From contig OZ024740.1 of NCBI GenBank assembly GCA_964016885.1, positions 286,006,001 to 286,070,000 on the forward strand: 64,000 bases of DNA, read 5' to 3'. Below are positions 54,466-64,000 of the stretch, in pieces; the stretch's first letter is position 1; each line of letters starts with the position of its first letter. The notes beneath the pieces are model-generated. The model was given only the letters and a program-made list of their open reading frames with translations, had not been told where the DNA came from and ran no database searches. The position numbers and the translations under genes are program-made. The DNA comes from Eledone cirrhosa. Its lineage: Eukaryota.

Positions 54466-54720
54466 TGAAAGTATGTTAGCTTATTGAAAGCTGCTACAGC
54501 ACAGGTTTGACTATAATAGTTAAACAATTTGAACATATAAAACCCTGGAGATGGAAAGAAAGTGGACAGTTGCTTGCAGGAAACAAACTTTAATTTGCTG
54601 CATGCCAGCTGACTGTATTACCATTACCATCTCTTGGAGTTGGTATGTCTAACTTGTTCGACTATCTTATAGTCAAATCTGTATTGTAGTAGTTTACAAC
54701 GGTAAACTAAAATACTTTCA
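54466..54720. repeat. Old inverted repeat (~115-bp arms); related sequence at 50335-50490
   Basis: TGAAAGTAT...ACAGGTTTGACTATAA pairs with TTATAGTCAAATCTGT...ATACTTTCA. Confidence 0.7.
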
Positions 54721-54791
54721 AAATTGAAATTTTCTCAATGCTTCGTAAAATGATTTTATATATATATATATATATTGTGTGTGTGTCTGTG

Positions 54792-54876
<85 letters not shown>

Positions 54877-55224
54877 CACACATATACACATAAACTCACA
54901 TACACACATATCTTAAGTCCTAATGGAATTGAAATCTGTTAATAAAAAGCTTTCATAAAGACTATAAAAATGAAAATAATAAATAAATAATCGTAAAATA
55001 GTTAATTTGCTAACTCAAAAGAAGTTCGTTCTTCATATATATTAGTTTGTGTTTTGTTATGGTTCATCCAATGTGTGTTTATTCCTCTAATTCTATCAAT
55101 CATTATATTGATGTTCTCTGGTTGTAGTAGATAGTTCTCATCTCCTTCTCTGGCAAAAACACTTCTGTTCTAGTTGTATTTATTATATATAAGCATTGGG
55201 CATTTTTACATTATACTGCTACAC

Positions 55225-55590
55225 ATTCTCTCCACACTTCACTAGTCCTGAATATTCTCTTTCTCTCTTCCTTCTGTCTTTTTCACTCCGTCTTTTCACT
55301 TTCTCCTCTCTACTTAAGTTTTTTCCCCTCATTCCTTACCTCATTCTCTCTTCCCCTTATTTCTTCCTTAAGTTTTCTCTCTCATTCCTTATTCCCTTTC
55401 TCTCTCCCTCTCCTCTTTCATCCTCTTATCTTTCCATCTCTCATCTCCCATTCTCTCTCATCTTCCATTCTCTCTCATCTCCCATTCTCTCTCTTGTCTT
55501 CCTCCCTCTCTCTCAAGTTTTTTTCTCTCGTTCCTTACCTATCTCTCTTTCCTTTCTGTTCACCCTTTTCTTGCACCTTTATATCCCCTA
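55225..55590. repeat. CT-rich low-complexity tract
   Basis: Nearly G-free pyrimidine run; explains ORF 55196-55591. Confidence 0.9.
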
Positions 55591-56419
55591 GCATGTCCAA
55601 CAACAACAACTACAACAACATGTAAGCTAAACTTATTGCACTCACCCTGAAGGTTGTTTGTTCTATTGACGGCATCTTGAACACATTCTTGTTTTCTTGT
55701 TGTTAGTATTTGTAATGTAAAGTTGGTTGGATATTGTGATTTAATAACTGTTATTACAATAGTTCTATTGTCACCAGGCCTATGTCACCTACACTAAACT
55801 AAACTACACTCCCCACAACTACTTCCTAGTACATGCACCACAATCAAAGCCTTTTTCTTCATTTCTTTTTTCTATTCCAAACATTTACTTACATAATTTC
55901 AAGCTGATGTTTAAAATTGTTTTAAATATACATGGTACACGGCTTTGTAGGGGAGACATACAAGGATGCAGACAGACAATAAATTATACGCAGTTTATGT
56001 GTGTATGTGTGTGAGTTTACACAGCAGAATAGATGTGCTTTTTTTCAAGGATGATGGTATGGAGTTACATAACTTCCATTGATTGGTCTACATATAATGT
56101 TGGGTTGTAGATGTAGAAGCATAAAAATAGCATCAGACATTTACTGATGGTGTAACTCCATGCATGTTGTAGAATCATATTTATAAGTGGCTTATCATAA
56201 GTGGTCAATTGATACTCACTATTGGTACTCAAGTTTCAAGCTAACACTTAATTCATCTGGACTCAGTGAATTATACATATAAATATATATCTATAATCAT
56301 ATTAGTAACTCAACATTAAAAAGAAAAGAAATGAAAAAATCTCATTTCATTTGAAAGATGTTGAATTAGAGAAATACCTTTTGTTAGTCTTGTCTTATCA
56401 TACTTTTAATTTATAAAAA

Positions 56420-56535
56420 ATAATTGTTTCTACGTAAGGCACAAGGCCAGCAATTACCCAGTGTATTACTGGTACTTTATTTTATCAACCCCGTAAGGAT
56501 GAAAGGCAAAGTCAACCTCGGCGGGATTTGAACTT
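56420..56535 (-). mobile_element. SINE family B 3' half
   Basis: Reverse complement of 12205-12320. Confidence 0.85.
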
Positions 56536-56724
56536 ATAAAAATAATGAAGTTTATTTCTAATCTAGCCAGTTGTACTTACATGAAAATAGTGATATCAGT
56601 TAGACAATATAGAAATGTCTGTGTTTCTTTCATTTTACCACTCATAGCTGCCAATTGCTATTTAGCTATATTCACAACAAGAATTTTGTAGCAACAGGAT
56701 TTTATTTATATGGTTTTACATGTC

Positions 56725-57064
56725 GGAGGCACATGGCTTAGTGGTTAGAGCATTGGCCTTGCAATCGAAAGGTTGTGAGTTCTATTCTCAGACCGGGTGA
56801 TGTGTTGTTTCCTTGAGCAAGACAATTTATTTCACATTGCTCCAGTTTACTCAGCTGTAGAAATGAGATGATAGGACTGGGGTCCCTATCATTCCACTGC
56901 AAAGTGGTTGTGTAGGCGCCACGGAAAAAAATCACCCAGCACTCACTGTAAATGAGGTTGGTGTTGGAAAGGGCATCCAGCTGTAAAAATCAAGCCAAAA
57001 TCAGTTCCTGTCCCACCCTTGCAAGCTGGGAAAAAGCAGACGTAAAATGAAATGATGATGATAT
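56725..57064 (+). mobile_element. tRNA-derived SINE family A, full length, TSD CATGTC
   Basis: Same head, core and tail as 53710; CATGTC at 56719-56724 and 57065-57070. Confidence 0.92.
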
Positions 57065-57110
57065 CATGTCTAATTTTAGGGGAGTGGGGACCATGCATTG
57101 TGGATATATA

Positions 57111-59366
57111 TTTAACAGTTGTGTTATTGTTAGTAGCGCCACGAGTGACCAGTTCTGTAGAAAGATGTGGTAAGAACATCGACAACGACTTTGGCTTGTT
57201 TTACATTATTTATTAACAAGGTTGAGCTATGTAGAGCTGAGTAGAGCAGGCATGCCAAGAGTAATAAAACAAACGAATTAAGGATTTCAGAAGGGACGGT
57301 CCACTGGCTGAAGTGTTGCCAGGCTGTGGTTAAGTTGTTGTGTTACATGTTGGCTAGTTGTTTACCTTTTTACAGTCAGGATGCGAGAGACAGATTTCTC
57401 AAATCAACGAGGGAATTTTTCCCTCAGGGCGCGTAGAGATACATTTTTTTCTACTGCCGCTGATTGGCTGAGCTGAGCCAATTCATGCACAGAGAATGTA
57501 TGTGAGCCCGCGGAATGTAGGTCACTACAATACTCCCCCTCTAGTCGTAAGACGATATAGATTATTGAATCAGCAGAAAAAAAATGCTGAAAGAGCACAT
57601 CAGTGAAAAAATAATTGAGCAGAAGGATGCATGCAAGAAGAAAAATGAGGCGCTAAGGGCCATGTTGAGCCGCTGTGTCAAATGACTAGCTGTTTTGTAG
57701 TTTATACGTGACCACGAAAGGTCTAACAGAAAACGGATAAACTCTGACATGGACAAAGTTGCTGTTCTTGCATTAAATGTTAATGGTAAGTGCTGTATCA
57801 GTAGCTGTGGGTGAAGCTGTTATGGTAGTTTACCAGTGCTGGCAAGATGATGATGGGTAGGCCTCCCAGATGTATTGCCGAAAGTGCTAGGCAGCCATGA
57901 TAAAATGGCTGGTTGCTTTGAAAAGAAAAAGCAAGTTGAATCTGTAGGTGGGTAGTAGTTGAAATGTTAATTCCATAATTCTGGCGAATCCATAGAAATG
58001 GTGGAAATGCTGACAGGTCCAGTTCCATTTGTTGTTTTCCCAGTGAGTCGTGTAAAGTAACAAGATGGAGGTTGTTATGGACGATGAGTGTGCAATGAGA
58101 TGTGAAACTGTTTGAGTTCAGCTGCAATTAGCATTCTCGTGTTGCGGTGCAGGTGAATTAAGCTGCAAAGTGTCGATAGCATGTTTGGTGTCTCCACAAA
58201 GTGAGAAGGGATCTCGCAGAATTTTACGACGTTTGAATATCATACACTAAGAACAACAACATGTTGGTGTGTGTCAAAGAAATGTGTGTGCATATGCAGG
58301 CATGTAAACAGCAAAGAAAATGTGTGCGTGCAGTCATATATATAATGATAAAAAAACATTTTTTTTCATATAATGCAGTTCTAAAAGAATAAATGTCCAA
58401 ACATTGCCTGTAAAAAAAAGAAAGAAAGAAAGAAATGTCCCCTGAAACAAAGTTCGCTTTTTCCTTTCTTTGGGATCGTTCTTACTAGGAAGCTAGTAGA
58501 GTTGTTGTTAAAGCAAAGTCACAGTGAATCTTCTGTAGAATCGAAGTCGAGCGTTGAAGAGCCTAGAGTCACCAATATGCCAGTCACGTCTGACGCCATA
58601 GTGGTGAGGAGACTGATGTCTTAATTTCTCGAGTCCCTGTGGTAACGAGACAGAAGGTATGGTGGTTGCATCGGTAAAGTTACAAGGCTGCCACATCGCT
58701 ATTCCCTGGTGTTGGTTAGTAGTTAACCATGTGTTGTCGCTGCTGCTGATGTATTTGGTAGTGGTGATAGCCATGTGTTGCTGCTGATGGCTGGTAGTAG
58801 AGAAGTACTTGGTGGTAGCCATTTTGAAATTTCCTCGTGGCGAAAATTTTTTAAAATACTGCTAATTTTTTTTTATTTTAAAAGGAATATTTTATATTTA
58901 CGATATTCCTAACGTCAGGTCACCAATTTAACAGTTAAGATGTGTTATTGTTAGTAGCGCCACGAGTGACCAGTTCTGTAGAAAGATGTGGTAAGAACAT
59001 CGACAACGACTTTGGCTTGTTTTACATTATTTATTAACAAGGTTGAGCTATGTAGAGCTGAGTAGAGAAGGCATGCCAAGAGTAATAAAACAAACGAATT
59101 AAGGATTTCAGAAGGGACGGTCCGCTGGCTGAAGTGTTGCCAGGCCATGGTTAAGTTGTTACATGTTGGCTAGTGATTTCACAACGAAAGTTAGTTTTTT
59201 ACCTTTTTACAGTCAGGATGCAAGAGACAGATTTCTCAAATCAACACGGGAATTTTTCCCTCAGGGCACGTAGAGATACATTCTCTTCTACTGTCGCTGA
59301 TTGGCTGAGCTGAGCCAATTCACGGACAGAGAATGTATGTGAGCCCGCGGAATGTAGGTCACTACA
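57111..59366 (-). mobile_element. Short non-autonomous LTR retrotransposon (Ty3/Gypsy, possibly CsRn1-like)
   Basis: LTRs at 57111-57529 and 58927-59366; minus-strand PBS TGGTGACCTGACGT (58925-58912) resembling the tRNA-Trp PBS; PPT AGAGGGGGAG next to the 3' LTR; 4-bp TSD TATA; ~1.4-kb interior without pol. Confidence 0.9.
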
Positions 59367-59521
59367 TATATTTTAGGGTGAAGTTTTTTGTTACATGTAT
59401 CAAACTCCACTTAAAATGTGTTATATCCTGATGTTCACCAGCTTGCTGGCTTGGAGATAAGATTTCATAATTGATTTATGTTGGATACATGTTTGGAGCT
59501 TAAAAGTGCGTTTCATATTTA

Positions 59522-59898
59522 ACTTTATTCTTTTATCCTTTTACTGGTTTCAGTCATTAGACTGTGGTAAAGCTGAGGAACCACCTTAAAGGAATTTGAG
59601 TCTCTCATATTGACCCTAGTACTTATATTTTCAAGTCTGGTATTTATTTCATCAACCAATCTCTATTTGTTGAACCACTAAGTTAATTGACATGAACAAA
59701 CACAAATATGGACACACACATGCATGGACAGACACACACGTACATGGACACACACACACACATACATACAAATTTCACTCACAAGGCATTGGTCAACCCA
59801 CAACTATAATAGAAACACTTGCCCAAGGTGCCATGTAGTGGGACAGATCACTTCAAATTGTCAAGTGAGCTCCTTAACCACAGAGCCATGCCTGCACC
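59522..59898 (-). mobile_element. tRNA-derived SINE with internal (CA)n, family D
   Basis: Minus-strand head GCAGGCATGGCTCTGTGGTTAAG...CCCACTAC...CCTTGGGCAAGTGT; A-rich tail near 59525. Confidence 0.75.
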
Positions 59899-60094
59899 TA
59901 TATAGTCAATTTCATGAATCTATTCTGCTGAAGTTAGTATCCTAATGGATAGAAATAGCTAATGAAAGGAGCCTACAAGTAATGTATGACATTTCAAACA
60001 TATCATCACAGGTCATGATATTACTATTACAAAGTTACATTTTCTTTGGAATATTAAGAAAACATTTATGTGTGTTTATCACTATTCCCTTGGG

Positions 60095-60281
60095 TGGATT
60101 GGCAGTTTCAGTAGAGCGTCAGACACCATGCTTTGCAGCATAGTCGTGGCCCTTTACGTTCTGGCTTCAAATCCCTCCGAGGTTAGCTTTGCTTTTCATC
60201 CTTACAGAGTCGATAAAATAAAGCACCAGTAATGCACTGGGATAATTGCTGGCCTTATACCAAAACTAGAAACAATTATTT
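60095..60281 (+). mobile_element. SINE family B
   Basis: Colinear with 12135-12320. Confidence 0.85.
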
Positions 60282-61860
60282 CCTAATGAATATCTATAAT
60301 ACAGTATTTGTAATTCTGAGTGAGGATATATCATTTCAAATTGACCTCATATCTCTTAAACAAAACCTAAACTTACTTGATTTAATTAGCCAAGAATATA
60401 TAATGAATCTTCCCATACAGAAAATGTAACAGCGAAGACTTTATCAGCTGGAGAATATGATATTAATATTATAAACAAAACAAAACAACCACTCTTTCTT
60501 AATCACAGTCATTATAGTTCATTTTTTTAAATGGAAGTATTGCACTGATAAAATCTGATGTAGTGTGCAGCTTCTAAAGTCATTGCATGAATGTATATTT
60601 TAGGCAAAGTGTGACATTTAATCATTTAAGAGCTGCTTATTCTTTAAAGAGTATTTTTATAATGCCTAGACAAACAGCATCAAGTGAACATTGAGCAAAG
60701 TATCTGGCCACAAGTGTATAACATTGCTTGCAGTTAGCTCATTGATTGTTCTGATTGTGAATTGGTACCATTGTCATACTTAGACTTGAAAATACTGGAA
60801 AATATTACAACCACATGATTAGTTTTTTTGCCCTAATTACTGGCTTATAAAATCTTTCAGGCTCTGTTTATCTCTCAAAATATCATAGTCAATTCTTTTC
60901 TGTTAGTCTCATTTTGAAATCATTATGCTAATTTTAGACATAGAAAAGAGATGGGCTCCACCATGTTTAAATTAATGCCCTAGAAATGCCATATGTCAGA
61001 TTGTTCCCTTACAACTACTTCAAGAGTCACAGAACCATGCATGCATTCTAACTTTTAAGTTGCAAAGTTCATTTTCAAATCCTTAATCACACTTTGAATT
61101 GGCAAGGCCTCACTTTGAACTGAAAGACACAGCCTATGATTTTCAAATAATTTTGAAAATAATCAAGAATTTTGAAGGATTTAGTAATATACATAATTGC
61201 CTTCCTCATTACTAAGCTGGTGTTTAGACCTTTGCCTAACAAAGGTTATGACAAAATTATGATAGACGATTTTTAAATAAAATATAAACACTTTAAAATA
61301 AACAGCATTGTAACCTAGAACCAGGTGTGGTTCAAAGCAAATTGGTATCAAAAGGGTTAACCATTTCTTACATTGACATGTGACCAGAAACCTGAGAGGA
61401 GGCATAAGTTGATTAAAACAATCAGGAGCCGTTTCAAGTAGTTTGATCTCAAAAAGGTTTATAAATCATCTAATATGAACTCTTCATTTATTAGTGCATT
61501 TATTAATATAGTCTGATTTTTTTATGACTCAAGTTCAGCTGTTTAAACTGTGACCTCACCCATCAATTAACAATAAGATTGATATCAAATTGACTACTTT
61601 CTTTCTGTCTATCTCTTTCTCTCTTCTCTGTCTCCTTCTCTCTCACATAAAAAGAGGTTGAGATACAGGATATAGAGTCGCAAGTCTCTGTCCAAAAGAA
61701 GACACAGTAAGCACAGTCACTGGGATTCTTTATTTCCTGGTTATTTTACACAATTACTTATTTTATATATTTTAAAACTAGAACAACAATTATTCAACTT
61801 CATAAGTAGAAATATCCATGAACAAAAGAACTTTCATTTCCAGTTTTTTTTTGTTTTTTT

Positions 61861-62078
61861 TTAACCCTTTAGCATTCACATTACTCTATATATACTATTA
61901 TATTTTCATGGTAAAGGCTTTACCTCGCATAATTATCTCACATAATATCGAATCTATGAGATTTTGAAAGTATTTATTTTGAGAACAATACCTTAACATC
62001 AGTTTGTGTGACCAATTATAGCCAGTTTCAACAGAAAAGGGTAGAGAATTCTGACCGGTTTGAACATTAAAGAGTTAA
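61861..62078. mobile_element. piggyBac-like MITE (family A)
   Basis: TTAA|CCCTTTAGCATT...AAAGAG|TTAA; homologous to 2791-3015. Confidence 0.85.
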
Positions 62079-62301
62079 ACCAGATATATCTTTTCGGCAG
62101 ATCTTCAATTTGATAAATGGGTTGTCTTTTTTAGTCTTTTATCAACTGACTCTTCAAATTATGTTTCTGCTGAAAAGTTTTGTTCCTTCTTTATTTACTC
62201 CATGAATTTATTTAATTTCATGATGAATATGAAATAAACATTCTTGAGAGAAACATTTTAATTATCTTCATTATTGTTAGATTGCTAATCATTTATTCAT
62301 G

Positions 62302-62557
62302 TTAACCCTTTTGTTAGCATATTTCAAATGAAATACACTGCTTATGATTTTTAAATAATTTTGAAAATAATCAAGAATTTTGAAATATTTAGTAATATCA
62401 ACTTTTTAATTATTGAGCTGGTGTTTGGAGCATAACTTAACAAATGTTCTTATAAAATTATGATGGAAGGTTTTTAAATAATTATAATCACTTAATGAAC
62501 AGTTTTGTACTGGAGAACCTGGAATAGTTTCAAACAATTTGGTATCAAAATGGTTAA
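62302..62557. mobile_element. piggyBac-like MITE (family C); degenerate relatives near 9420, 15667, 17746, 20820, 61130 and 63631
   Basis: TTAA|CCCTTTTG ... GGTATCAAAATGG|TTAA; interior shared with 61130-61360. Confidence 0.7.
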
Positions 62558-63895
62558 TGCAGTCATGTTTCCATGAATCTTGATTCTGGATCATGTTATA
62601 TATGTGGCGTACCCTTCAATGGTTAGGTTTATCCTAATCCTGTGTATCCTTTAGTGGTAACAAAACAACATTGTGATTAATTTGCAATAATAAAAAAGGC
62701 TAATTCAGCAAGAGGGGCATAACAAGATTTGAACTCAGAACTCAAGGAGCTGCAAGGCATTTCATCTAATGCTTTAGCTTTTGTCAATTTGCAACATTAA
62801 GCATACTATTCTTTCTAGAACTAAATCTTAACAGTTTGTTCTTTGTTACAATGCCTGTCATTCAGTTGACACTTAACAATTAAGTTAGAAATCAAAACAG
62901 TGTCATGTCAGCTGCAAAGAACTAAGATTTTGAGATGCAGTTACAATTCTCTCTCTTACTGAGGTGGAAGGAAACCTGACAAAATCAAGTTTAAGATCTC
63001 AGATTATTTTAATAAATGAATGTCAGAAATGGCCTCTTATGTACTGTACTGCAGCTTGCTATTTGGTATTATGTGTCATTGACTTCAATTACATATAATG
63101 AGGCTTTGTTTGTTTTGTGGCCTTGATAAAAAGTGAGACAAATGGAATGAAATAAGTTGATGTGGTTTACTAGCTCAAATGGCTAAGGTTCTGCTATGTT
63201 AACTCAAAGGTCATAAGTTGAAATTTTGCTTTTGATTTGCTCCCAGTGAAGCAAATCAGATTGAAATTTATTAAATTCAACATTTAGATATACAAATGTG
63301 ACTACTTTAAGTGCGCATCTATGTAGATTTGAAGAAGGAACTGAATTAACCCATCCACTGAAAACCAGAACATTTAGAAGTAAGGCAGTGAATTGGCAAA
63401 GTTTTTAAAGCATAGGATTAAATGCCTGGCAGTAATGTTCTCTAAACTGCTTGGGTTTGCAATTACTATATTGGTGCCATGCACACTGAAATGCTGCAAT
63501 CTAAACTGTTTGGGTAACCAGTTGCTGTACTAGTGTCATGCACATCAAAATGCTGCCACTCAGTAGCTTTTAAATGTTACTGTGCAGTAGCTTTGAATAT
63601 AGAATTTTTTTTATTATATTTATCTTTATATTAACTCTTTCATTATTATATTTTTAACAAAAATATACTGCCTTTCTATTTTAATTATCAGAATAATTAC
63701 TAATTATGTGAGGTTTTAATGAAATAAACATCTTTCAACTCAAATAATATAAGACAAATATTTTAACAACTGAAATTTTATATAATCTACCATACAATAA
63801 TGAGATTTCAGTCTAAGATTTGCATTTAAACACTTTAATAAAACTGGTTTTGGCAGAGTCAATGTTTAAAAGGTTAAGCAGGGATTTCAATATAG

Positions 63896-63945
63896 CTTAC
63901 TAATTACCTACCTGTTGTAATTCTAGTGTTTTCTTTCAGGTAAGA
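63896..63945 (+). promoter_or_regulatory. Candidate recursive splice site (ratchet point)
   Basis: Branch-like TTACTAAT at ~63897-63904, then GTTTTCTTTCAG|GTAAGA with the acceptor AG directly abutting a consensus donor. Confidence 0.5.
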
Positions 63946-64000
63946 AAAATATTTCATTGAAGATTTGTATTTAAATTTGACATTTTAATAGATGCAGTCT

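Overview
AT-rich, repeat-dense animal genomic DNA. The SINE/LINE repertoire, (TA)n/(CA)n density and very long introns suggest an octopod cephalopod (inference, not verified). The window lies inside one + strand gene that I identify as PDZ-GEF (RAPGEF2/6, Dizzy/Gef26 family). Two well-supported phase-0 exons are visible: a polyQ/His exon at 19142-19402 and an acidic SDTSSAYSGSD...VDSDEEE exon at 29447-29674. There is also a candidate 21-nt microexon (52658-52678) and a candidate recursive AG|GT splice site (63939/63940). The introns contain: a ~16.3-kb minisatellite of 78/81-bp units with a 5,714-bp near-perfect higher-order duplication, which explains all the giant ORFs; a short LTR retroelement with PBS, PPT and TSD; decayed RTE-type LINEs; several tRNA-derived SINE families; piggyBac-like and mariner-like MITEs; and several fold-back hairpins. 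One hairpin is an inverted pair of Penelope-type minimal hammerhead ribozyme motifs carrying a G5A core change. All calls were made by eye; no database search or folding program was run.
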